A DNA stretch of 56,560 nucleotides, counting the filler, from Sphacelaria rigidula (taxonomy: Eukaryota): NCBI GenBank assembly GCA_964200075.2. It is 7 parts of 7 records of this genome, joined end to end, with 100 filler letters (N's around TTAATTAATTAA, not from the genome) between each part and the next. Parts side by side here need not be neighbours in the genome. Positions count along the whole stretch, not along the records: positions 16,191 to 24,185 come from CAXNAA020012711.1; positions 24,286 to 32,279 come from CAXNAA020012712.1; 5 more parts are not named here. One strand, 5' to 3'. Below, one piece after another: positions 21,756 through 32,379 of the stretch (its first letter is position 1; each line of letters starts with the position of its first letter). The translations under genes were made by a program, and so were the position numbers. The notes under the pieces are model-generated. The model had not been told where the DNA came from. It made no database searches and worked only from the letters and a program-made list of their open reading frames with translations.

Positions 21756-22376
21756 CGCATAACCCTTTCGAATCGTGCGCATGTACAATATCACGAAGCG
21801 GCTCAAGCGACGGCAAGAAGGAAGGCAACGATGGTGAAAAAGCCCGCCAGTAGAAACCACAAACGCCACCGGCGACAAACGGGAAGCCTTGCTGGCACTA
21901 CCCTTCCCCGTCTAAGCATCCCGGTGCCATCACCGTCACCGCCACAACATCACAGTGAATCAGTCAATACCACCCCCAACGGCGACAGCAAAGCGCGACC
22001 GAAGACCGCACCTCAACCTCTCACAGACGACTCCGAGATTCGGGCTCAGATATCAACCCTTTCATTAATCAAGACGTACGGTTATGGACCAATTCTGGGC
22101 ACCCCTCTTCTGCGCAGCAGTAACTCCGCATCTTCTATCGTGCGTGGTGGTGTGAGCCGAAAACGCGTTCGAAATGATGGGATGAACGCACCGGACGGCG
22201 CAAGGCGGGCGACCAGTGCGTCGGGTGGGAGAGGCGGGCGAGGTGTTGTGCGACCACAGCAGCCATGGATGGGCCCGATGGAGTCCAGCGTAGGGTTACG
22301 AGAAGGAACTGCTGTAAAGGCGAGGTGTTGTGGACATGCACTATCCTGCATCATTATGAGGTCTTCAGAGCGGTGA
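21756..22376 (+). CDS. Probable exon of a hypothetical low-complexity protein
   Basis: More than 600 bp open after an AG acceptor; S/P/R/G-rich with RPKTAP. Possible flanking exons at about 21120-21198 (RRPETADY) and 22675-22763. No domain recognised. Confidence 0.35.
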   Translation, partial: RITLSNRAHVQYHEAAQATARRKATMVKKPASRNHKRHRRQTGSLAGTTLPRLSIPVPSPSPPQHHSESVNTTPNGDSKARPKTAPQPLTDDSEIRAQISTLSLIKTYGYGPILGTPLLRSSNSASSIVRGGVSRKRVRNDGMNAPDGARRATSASGGRGGRGVVRPQQPWMGPMESSVGLREGTAVKARCCGHALSCIIMRSSER

Positions 22377-22929
22377 TGCCAAGCCGCCATACGGCCGTCA
22401 TTCGTAAAACAAGTACTTTCCTAACGCGCATCTTACTCTGAAGGATTCAGAATGTGCACAAGGTTTCGGGCTGGTTTCCTGTACGACACCTCGCAGTCTT
22501 GGGCCAGTTCTCGTGATGGATATGATGTTTCACGTTATATTATCCATCACGGGTTCAGCCGTGTTCATATATACATCATACTCCGGAGTAGGATGTATGT
22601 GCGGGAGAAAAAGATGAAACGAACGGGCGGAAAGCACCAAAATAAGAAAATAAAGAGTAAAAGCAATCTGAAAGACTCCAGGCAGAGAACAATACCGAGA
22701 AAGCCCTCGCTACGGCCCCGCCAGGGATAAAGACAGAAGCGTGTACAAGAAGAAAGCCGTGTAAACACGTTGCGACTGGGCTTTTCTGAAACCGCGAGAT
22801 GAGGCAGCAGCTCTCATCATCAAGTTTTAAGAAAGGAGAGACATGGCCAGCATCACTATGGTGCAAGGGAACAAAGAAAAGAAAAAGAAGAAAGAGTAAA
22901 TGAACGTATGGCTAAAGTTACAACTCAGG

Positions 22930-23230
22930 CGTTTCATCACCCGACAGGACGTTATTATCCAAGGGCTCCTCCGACAATCCAAACTTTGAGAGTCTAGCAG
23001 GCGGCCTATGTGCTCTCATCGCTTGCGTTTTCCCATACCCATCAGTGCCTCTTCCATCTTACCGTTCGCCTCAGTGCCTCTTCCGCCTGGTCCAGGATTG
23101 GCGCGTCCTCAATGGACAATGCTTTCGGTAGCGATGTGATGCTCTCGATGTCAGTTCAGTCGAAAGTGGCTGGAGCTGCATCCAACGAAGAGTGGAATTT
23201 TCCCTTCCATTTCCCACGGTTCTGAACGAA
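22930..23230 (-). mobile_element. Degenerate LINE (RTE-like) fragment, region upstream of RT
   Basis: Minus reading KWKGKFHSSLDA..DIESITSLPKALSIEDAPILDQAEEALRR resembles the W..hF..LLn / P+..EV..AL linker of LINE ORF2; contains stops. Confidence 0.4.
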
Positions 23231-23251
23231 CTGTCGCCACAGTCTCCCTAT

Positions 23252-24185
23252 GGGGGCGTACTCATTCGTTGATTGCCTTAGTCGTTTGACCATTGACCCA
23301 TCCCTTTCGAGACGGAGCACCGTTCCTACTCCTAATAAGAGACACCTCCAACATTCCGGCACTCATTACGTTTTTCCATACAATATACAAAAAGCTTTTA
23401 CATATCTTATCCCCGTCCTGTTTCGCCGTCTCTGGTCACCATCTATCTCCTAGTATAGCCATCGTTTTCTCCCTACTGTCCAATGCATCAAACGATTTCA
23501 TGCTATCTTCGTTCACGTCCCGCATTTCCCCCGCTAGCACGTCCTGTTCCTCCTTGAATAGTTCATTTTCTGCCACTATATGACTTCTGCTCTCTATTGC
23601 TTTGCCACAGGGGCAGTTCTGTCTATCTACATCCTCCTCCTTTCGACGACTGGTATTTCTCTTTCTTCTTTCTGGCGGGTTTAGGTCCCCCACCCGAAAT
23701 CGCAGTTTCATATTTTTCGCAGCGTCCATTCGGTCATGCAAACATGTTTTCATCTCTATCCCCTCTCTTAACCACCCGTATATCGCTAGGTGTTCTTGCT
23801 CGTCTACCTTGCGTCTGAGCGCTCCTTTTTTTCTCATTTTAATCATATCTCTTACTTTCGCCGAGTACCCCGCGTCTCCATCTTTGGACAGTATTTCGTC
23901 TTGGTTTCCTCCTGTATCTTTCCACACTTTATCGACTTCTCTATCCCACCTTACTCCAGGCTTCCCTTTCGTACTTTTCTTACATACAGCCCCATCAACT
24001 ATATCTGGCGATCTCCTTCTCTGCACGTTCTTCACGCTATATTACCCTTTCAATGTTCTCATGTCTCTGTTTGCTTCAAGTGAGTACGTTCCCAACTTTG
24101 CTCTCGAAACTGTATTACTCGTCGTTTTCGAGCATCCAAGTATTTTCTTAGCTGCTGCCATCTGTACTGTTTCCAACCTCTCCGC
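23252..24185 (-). mobile_element. Non-LTR retrotransposon (RTEX-like) 3' region with zinc knuckle and C tail
   Basis: LETVQMAAARKILGCSKTTSNTVSRAKLG..., LRFRVGDL, CPCGKAIESRSHIVAE(N); ends ATGAGTACGCCCCC; contains stops. Confidence 0.85.
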
Positions 24186-24285
24186 NNNNNNNNNNNNNNN
24201 NNNNNNNNNNNNNNNNNNNNNNNNNNNNNTTAATTAATTAANNNNNNNNNNNNNNNNNNNNNNNNNNNNNNNNNNNNNNNNNNNN
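24186..24285. other. Artificial contig spacer
   Basis: N44-TTAATTAATTAA-N44. Confidence 0.98.
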
Positions 24286-25140
24286 AGAAAGAGATTGCCA
24301 CCCGAAATCGCAGTTCCATATGTTTCGCAGCGTCCATTGGGCCATAAATATGCTTTTATTCCGATCCCTTCTCTCAACCACCCGTTTATCTCCAGGTGTT
24401 CTTCCTCGTCTACTTTGCGTCTGAGCGCTCCTTTTCCCCTTATTTCGATCATGTCTCTTACTTTTGCCTTGTACCCCGCGTCTTCATCTTCAGACAGTAT
24501 TTCGTCTTGATCGCCTCCTATCTACTTTCATACTTTCTCGACTTCTTTACCCCACCTTACTCCAGCCTTCCCTTTCGTACTTTTCCTCCATACAGCCCTA
24601 TCGACTATGGCTGGCAATCTCTTTCTCTGATGCTCTTCACGCTGTATTGCTATCGTAATTTCCTCATGTCTCTGTTTGTTTTGAGTTAGTACATTCCCAA
24701 CTCTGCGCTCAGCACTGTATTACTCGTCGTTTTCGAGCATCCAGGTGCTTTCGTAGCTGCTGCCATCTGTACTGTTTCCAACCTCTCCACCAGCTTCACG
24801 TTCCCCTCCCATACTTCTGCATATCCCAGCTTCGGTACGATCACCTTCATCAGGATACATCTCTTGATCCTAGTGTCTCGGTGCGGGTCTCTGAGGATCA
24901 CGTCCAACCTGCCTATCTGTGCCTCACCCTTTTCTGTTACTTTGTCTATGTTTGCATCCCAAGAATAGTTTCTTGAGATCTCTGCGCCAAGGTATGTATA
25001 CTGGTCTACGATCGGCATTTCCTCTTCTCCCCACTTCCATTTGAACTCCGCCGGATTTGTATTATCTTCGTCACAGACGAGTACCGCGCATTTGTTGACG
25101 TTCGCTGTCACTTTCCATTTCCTAGTGTATTCTAGCGCGC
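24286..25140 (-). mobile_element. Same LINE family, RT C-terminal/thumb region, 5'-truncated
   Basis: ALEYTRKWKVTANVNKC...VDQYTYLG...VIVPKLGYAEVW...TSNTVLSAELGMY; colinear with 23690-24185. Confidence 0.88.
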
Positions 25141-25142
25141 GT

Positions 25143-25585
25143 GGGGGGGGTACTCATCTGTTGCTTACTTTAGTCGTTGGACCATTGCCCATGCATCCCT
25201 TTTGAGACGGAGCACGGTTCCTACCACTAACTTGAGACACACCTGCAACATTTGGGCGCACACCATGTTTCTTCCACACATTACACGATAGGAACCCTTT
25301 TAAATATGGTTTATCCCCTTCCTGTGCCGCCGCTGTGGCCACCATCTATCTCCTACTATAACGATCGATTTCTTGCTACCATCTAATGTACCAAACGAGT
25401 TTATGTCACATTCGATGAGTTCCTTCATCTCCTCTAACACGTCCGGTTCGTCCTTGTATAGTTCGCATTCTCCGACTACATGGGTTCCACTCTCTGTCTT
25501 GCTTTATCATGGAGGCAATTCTGCGCGTCTGCTTCCCCCTATCACAGACTACTGGTATACCCTTTTCTTGTTTCTGGCGGGTCCA
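25143..25585 (-). mobile_element. Same LINE family, 5'-truncated 3' fragment with C8 tail
   Basis: ORF end ...RNRAPSQKGCMGNGPTTKVSNR* followed by GTACCCCCCCC; abuts the copy at 24286-25140 head to tail. Confidence 0.85.
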
Positions 25586-26070
25586 GGGGCGGGCGGGAGA
25601 GGGGGGGAAGGGGAGGAAGTTTCGCGTACGGCCGGCGACTTCTGCAGTGTTGTAAATGGGTGATAACATTGCAAAAAACTTGAACGACCACTGTTCGTTC
25701 TAATCCGACGGAAATGACTTTAATACCGTGAGAACATACATTGGAAACACACACACATTTTCCTTGAAAAAAAACGACGCGTACACACGGTAAAACTAAT
25801 TGTGTCACCTGCTGAGCGTTGCTTCCAGTACTACTGCGCGGGGCATCATGCTGAACATCCATTGGCACCGGTAAGAAGAAAAACGGCTGCAAATGATATT
25901 ATTATCAAAAGTAGCAGCTCTTGGGCTGAAAGAGGGTATAAACACTGTCGTTTCCCACCCGAGGCGGCGTATTTTACCCTTTTTCGGCACAAATCGGGGC
26001 TGAGCATGCTAGGGAGGCTTGTCTGCTTTTACTGACGCCCCTCACCGACCTCCCAAGCATTTTCTGTTAC

Positions 26071-29000
26071 CTGCTTCTCGCCGTTGGCGCGGATGACAAC
26101 GTACGGATTGGAGAGACCAAACTTGTCGGCCTTGGCTAGCCCGTGCGCTTCTCGCACTCGGATCTCCAATTTGCGATATTGCGAGCTCTGCGAAGGATGA
26201 ACACCCGGCATAGGGCGGTTGGGTGGAGGGAGGGGAGGAAGGGGGGGTCTCATGACTCTGCATGCCGAAGGTATAAGGTCATTGACCTCGTATCCCTAGA
26301 AGTCCGGGACGGAGCACGCCGGGTTTCGCCGAACCAGGCTCGCACTCACCAAGCGCGAAGTGCTGTGAGGGGAGGGGAATACTTGTAACGGTTTTGAGGC
26401 TGCTGGGGTTAGCGAAAACAGAACAAAAAAATATTCAATCAACTATCTCTAGCGTCCGTTATGCGTCAGGACGAAATTGAGTCAGCCTACAGATGAGGTA
26501 TATCCTGTTTCGCAGAGTTGGCGCGAATCAAAAGAACTGTGTCAGCGTCAGGATCACGGGTACGGTCAGGCCTGGGATTGATATCTTCGTAGATTTCTCC
26601 GGCACAGCACAGACCGCTCTCACGATGCCTTATTACATACACACGAACTACTATTATATTTATAGGTACTCTTACTCTTCCTGGAGAAGCACGGATACGA
26701 CACTATTGGCTGCATTTAGTACCCCCCCCCCCCCCCCCCGGATCGTGTTTTGGTGTATTTTCCACATTTTCTCTGTTTTTGTTTTGTCATCCGCAGTTTT
26801 TGTAGTCGGGATTCCTCTACAGCGATTATCTCCGTCTAGATGCCTTGGTTCTTCCCATCTTGCTATCAGTGCTATCAGTGCTCCGTCTCGAAAGGGATGC
26901 GTGGTCAATGGTCAAATGACTAAGGCAAGCAACAAATGAGTACGCCCCCCATCTTGCTATCTCCGTCTCGAAAGGGATGCGTGGTCAATGGTCAAACGAC
27001 TAAGGCAAGCAACAAATGAGTACGCCCCCCCCCCCCCCACCGTGGCAGCGCGGGGGGGGGGGGGGGGGGATCACGCCTATTGAGGCAGTGTCCCGATCGA
27101 TCGATCGATCAATCAATCAATCAATCAATCAATCGATCAGCCTTCAACAACAAGGCTCTATCCTAAAGAATGGACCAGGAAGGACATTGTTTCAGGAACG
27201 TGCTGCCAGCTACCGTTAATGAGCACTTCCAATGTTGGAAACGTGTTGACATCAGCGTCGTTTTACGCGAACTTCTAGTCCGAGATACGACTGCACGCAT
27301 ACTCACGTCGTAGGCACGTCTCCCGGTTTAACCGTAGAGTTCAGTGTCAAGGGCAGGGAAGAAGCCGTGTATCGAGTTTCCCCCACGGAACCTCGGAAAA
27401 ATAGAGGACGAGCACCAACGTGCTGGGACCCTTGCTACGCGAGGCTCGACAGAGTGTCGCGAAAACATCACCATATTTTACGGTGACGTCAACCTTTTGG
27501 CAAGCGTGTCGTCAACCGCCATGGACGAATATTTGAAGTTGTCTTTCATTTTTTTCCCCGAAAAATTATGTTATGGAACCTTCTACGAGCAAAATGGGTA
27601 GACAACTGCGCATGGGGTTCGATTGAAAGCGATTTTTCAGACTTTCCACTCAGCTCGACTCATCCCGGTTGCTGTTTGTTCCCAAACTTTGGGAATAGGG
27701 GGTATGCGTACTCGACAAAAAAAATCGAAAACAAATATTTTCTACGACCGACGTTGAACGAGTTACGGGCTACGGGCTCATCGGTCGTTGGGGGTCCTAC
27801 GAGTGTACGGCCCCCAGTTCTACCTCTTTGGTATTTTCGCTCGACCGGACCGACCCGGATCGTTATTCAAAACCATTCTATGGTGGCTATTTGCTTTTTT
27901 CTCGGTCTTAATCGCGCTACACCCGAAAACCCGCGCTTTTCACCCACACACGGTCAACAACACCCCCTCGGTAAACGGGGTTTTACTCCGTATTGATCCG
28001 ACAACAACAAGTTGGGAAATGTGCCCTGAACAAGACCTGCGTCTTTTTCCAACGCCTACCGACTCTCGAGCTTTTGCAGTGAAGGTGACCCATTCTCTGC
28101 GCGAATACAAAACCTTGTACTACCGTAGCGTACACGATACTACTGCCTGCCACGCTCTTTGCTTGTAGGAGGACCGCCTGTCGTGTTGCTCAGTATCGAC
28201 TATTGAAGTCACGCTATGAATACGTTGGTTCTAGCGAACTTCCCACGGGAGAAAGAACATTAAAGGGAAACAGACGGCAACTTTACTAAACAATGAGTGG
28301 AAAATGCACGACAGCATTTGACAGAGAACGAAATTATCAGAATACTCCAAGATGGCGATTTCATGTATATATCCCTGCGCACACCGCCGGAAAATATGAT
28401 GACTGCTTGGCTACAGGTGCTGAGCTATATACCATATCTGTCGTTGTGGAGCCCAATGTGCGATATCTGCAGGATCCCTGGATATTCTACTCTACGAGTA
28501 TGGCTGTCGTTTCAGACGGTAACCGAACGGCGTTGTTTTATTTTCGTTAAAGACACACCATTGCATAAGCAACGCACTCGTGAAATTCCAGCAGCGAAAT
28601 CTCGAAAAAATTCATGTTGCACGCCCCTACCAAGAGTTGCAAAACACGACGCGACCGGCGTTCGGCAAGATGGTGGACGTTGTGTACTCAGTATAAACAC
28701 TTTGGACAATGACGACGTTTTTTTCCATTCGAAACGCGCAGGTGCATTACGGGGTGTACATACAACAAAGAGAATGCTTGTATATCACTATATCGTGATG
28801 CTACGAGAAACAAAAAATACTTGTTTGGTAGGCGCTCCCACAGCTCGAATACTTTCTATGACGCGGCATAGTTACCTATATTGTCTGCCCCTCACACCTG
28901 TGACGGCATAATTTCCCCCGCAGCTCCAGCCGCGGATAGTCCATCACCAGAGACTCCAGTACAGTCTGCGACGAGTATCTCTCCCAATCGTTCATCCCCC

Positions 29001-29509
29001 TTATCGACCCCTTCTAACTTATAGTGCAGAACACCCTGGACCAGCCACTGGTCAGCCACCGGAACCTTACAATGGAGTTAGGGTTGAGGGCAGGATAAGG
29101 GCTTGTGTTTATTCATCTGAAGAGATGAGCGCGCAAGCGCAACTGTGACATCTTCATGGCACGGCATCTGTAGCGTGGTTGGATCATCACCGTGATCCCA
29201 CGAGGTAGATTATATGATTGATTGATTGTCGCGCCCTAACTGATCCCCAAGGCATCCAGCCGTGGCTACATGATAGACGGTCTCAAGACAAAACAACAGT
29301 GAAACACTCGCTGAAGAGAAAGAAGAAACAGGGGGGAAAGTAGAACAGAACATATTATAATAGTAGACTAAGACGTACGGAAACGAAAATGATGAATAAA
29401 AAAAAGAAGAGCAGAGAAACGAGAAGAAAGTAAAAGGAATAGGGGATGCAGCATAATATATGACATGTACAGCAACAGCGGCGAAAACACTAGAATCTAG
29501 TAGGTAGAC

Positions 29510-29540
<31 letters not shown>

Positions 29541-31872
29541 GAGGTCTCAGCCGAGTATAGCCCGTGCATTCCTCGACGGTACGCGAGGTACAGATGAGCG
29601 CCGTGCCTTTCTAGGCGAACGCGATGACGGCAGTAAACCTTGACACTCGACATTTGTGGTTCAAAATGAAAGGGAATTGAGTGAATGATGAAATTTCCTA
29701 CATCAAAATACATTGATATTGAAATTGTCAAAATATAGACCAACCTCGTGATTCGGCTTCGTTTCCAGCGAAACCTCTCTGATCTCAGCGTCCGGACCCT
29801 TGAATGTTCCCTCAGAGTGCAGCCTCAGGAGATCATCTCCGGAGATTATCACTTGCCCCAGAAAGTCGCTCGGTTCTCCAAAATCTTCGTCGAAGACTTC
29901 TATGGTAACGCCTCCCCCTCCAGCAACCACTTCTCGTGGATGCGGAATGGTCAGCAAAAAGCTCTGTCGGCAACATTGGCGAAAAGGTTACAGTATATCA
30001 CGGGGCGGTGCGACGTCGGCGGCGAGGGGACGTATGCTGCTATCATCGTGGAAAAAAAAAAAGATACTAGCGTAGCTCCTTTCGTCAGCGCCAGATGCCG
30101 CCGCGCCATGGCGGTCTAGCTCTTACACATGAAGTGAGACCTGTCGTTAGAACGGAAAATTGGTGGTTCGAATACCGGGTGGATGTGTATAGGATTTCTT
30201 CTACTAGTGGAGGTATCTCAAACTCGAAGTTCCCGATATATTTGACTGTAAATTACTGTTGAATACACCGAGAACCTCGAGTTTGAGATACGTCTAATAA
30301 GAAGGTTATGATTTCCGTCGTTGAAAATATGAGGTCGCGAGTAGAAAAGAAACATCATCTACCAAAAGCCGACGCGGCGCAGGGGTGCTGATGGTCATGA
30401 TCCGATCTGCGCTCCAAAAATGCAAGGCGCGTGAGTGCCGGGGGAGAAATAGGTTTGCCCCTTCAGACTACGGACTCGCCCCGAGGAAGGGAAAGGGTTC
30501 AGAAACGGAGACGAAACGAACGAGACACGACATACACACTTGCGGTTTGAGTAACAACCTTTGATCGACACTCAAACCTCGACTTAAATGTTGCCATCAT
30601 CCAGAGTTTGTTTTTCAGTCCAGCACGGACAGGCGGTGTCAGATATTCGCGGCATCGTGGCGCACTGTGGGCATTTTGTCAACACCAAGATACTGCATGT
30701 TTCGGCCGATAAACGAACCCTGCAGAGTCATCCCAACTACATTTCTTGAACAAAGACACGGCACACCCGCCGAACCTCTCCGCGTCCGTCAACGCCGCCC
30801 CAGATCGGATCGAGGCAGGTGTAGACAGTTGTCGTTCGTCCCACTTCCAGGCCCCTTCTGCGTATAATGCACATGGGGTCAGAACTCCCCGTATGGTCCG
30901 CCTGCGGCACGAAAAGAGAGGGGCGCCACGAAGCTACGCCATCGATTATACCGTAGATGACGGGATTTAACACCGGTAGCGCGAAGAACAAGTGGCTAAA
31001 CACCACTCTATCAAGGTCTGAGAACCAACTTTCACAACCTCCTGCGACTATTTTCCTAGCATATCTTACACAGTATCTGGTCTCTGTCCCCCCTGAAAAT
31101 AATAGCCCACCTTCCTTTCAAGATCGAGGACAGCCCCACCTCCCCCCGCTCCCCGCCCCCTCGAGTGATGAATTTTGCGAGCTCGAGTTTTCCCCAGAAA
31201 CAAGCAAACTCGGCACTGCTACCGAGATTCCCGTCAATTAAAAAATCTCTACGGAACACTGTCTACGGCACAACTTTCAAAGGCGCAGCCGCAGCCGGCG
31301 TGATCCCCGCAGCTTTGAAGAGCGTCGACGCCAACACGAGCGCCACATAGGTTTTTGGACTGTTTTCACCTGCTACAGAATACCCTACGCGCGTGGAGTG
31401 TTATATATCCCGCCGAACATGACGTGACACGCTCATCAGGCTTTCTGGAGTTTCCAAAGCAAGGCTCTCATTGAACCGACCACAGCAACGTACGCATTTA
31501 TTCCGTCCACCACAACGCGGGTAGGGACCTTCCGATCTATTCCTGCAGGGCTGTTTACTTGTAGCACACGAAAATAGGTCACCTAATGAACGCTCACCAT
31601 TGAGGCCAAGTGGCTGAAACATAGATACTTTGCAGTCGAAAGGGCTTAACGAAAAACCGGAACTTATGGCAGATAAACGGTACACTTTCAACTAACCTGT
31701 GCCAGGTTGGTCGCGCGAAGGATCGTGAGCCTGACGTTACGCTCGAAGGGGGATTCAATGACGAGCTCGTTGCCAGCAGAGACTCCCTGCGCCGCCCGCG
31801 CCATTTCTGCTCTCCACTCCGAGGCTGACACCTCCCGAACAGAGTATGTCAAGAGCCCAGAACTTTCCTGAC
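26071..31872 (-). CDS. Multi-C2-domain protein, internal part; exons 31872-31697, 30901-30776, 29963-29745, 29065-28898, (further exons possible), 26187-26071
   Basis: Spliced reading ...NVRLTILRATNLAQ|ADHTGSSDPMCIIRRRGLEVGRTTTVYTCLDPIWGGVDGRGE|SFLLTIP...VTIEVFDEDFGEPSDFLGQV...TKPNHE|VPVADQWLVQGVLHYKLE..., then a second C2 start LEIRVREAHGLAKADKFGLSNPYVVI. Junctions are AG/GT and in phase. Confidence 0.88.
26240..26370 (-). mobile_element. C-tailed non-LTR 3' end, subfamily B
   Basis: Matches 39890-40015 in reverse and ends in a G7 run on the plus strand. Confidence 0.7.
26878..27038 (+). mobile_element. Two tandem ~70-bp LINE 3' ends with C tails
   Basis: CTCCGTCTCGAAAGGGATGCGTGGTCAATGGTCAAA(T/C)GACTAAGGCAAGCAACAAATGAGTACG(C)n occurs twice; the first copy is flanked by CCCATCTTGCTATC on both sides. 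Confidence 0.85.
29214..29520 (-). mobile_element. (AATC)n-tailed retroposon 3' region
   Basis: Pyrimidine-rich body on the minus strand ending CACGGCTGGATGCC..GCGACAATCAATCAATC; adjoins (GA)n at about 29512-29542. Confidence 0.6.
30098..30497 (+). mobile_element. tRNA-derived SINE interrupted by a ~95-bp hairpin (30204-30299)
   Basis: B box GGTTCGAATACC, body like 52442-52750, 3' GACTCGCCCCGAGGAAGGG; the insert has inverted arms GTATCTCAAACTCGA/TCGAGTTTGAGATAC. Confidence 0.6.
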
Positions 31873-32183
31873 CTGGGGGTTATTCGGGAGGAGCATACGA
31901 GAGTGATCACGTCCAGTCGGTGTTTGTGGACGTGTGCAAGTATTACCGATCCGATCTTCTGAGGTCCAAGACACACCGAGTATCATTGACGGCTATGTAT
32001 GCCCCAATATTCGACTCATGTGCGGTTGGAATCGAAGACGTATCGGGAAAATTGAAATACGCTGATCCAATATAGGGTGTGGGAGGATCGTCGTTCCGAA
32101 TTCATTAAAATGTCCTAACGCGTGATTTTCAAAACAAGCCTGTTACATTTTAGACATGCTCGGTGAAAAAGTGGTGGGCGCGC

Positions 32184-32215
<32 letters not shown>

Positions 32216-32279
32216 CCATTTTTGCGTCCCCGGGCGAAAAACCCTTAAATAAGACACCCCTCGGGGGGAAAGCCCCGTT

Positions 32280-32379
32280 NNNNNNNNNNNNNNNNNNNNN
32301 NNNNNNNNNNNNNNNNNNNNNNNTTAATTAATTAANNNNNNNNNNNNNNNNNNNNNNNNNNNNNNNNNNNNNNNNNNNN
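32280..32379. other. Artificial contig spacer
   Basis: N44-TTAATTAATTAA-N44. Confidence 0.98.

Noticed and set aside
23602-24185. Long plus-strand ORF (211 aa) and similar ones at 18992-19552 and 55740-56360
   Set aside because: They are antisense shadows of real minus-strand coding sequence.
23690-24790. Apparent tandem duplication of a LINE across the spacer
   Set aside because: These are two diverged copies at the ends of unrelated contigs; assemblies often break in this repeat.
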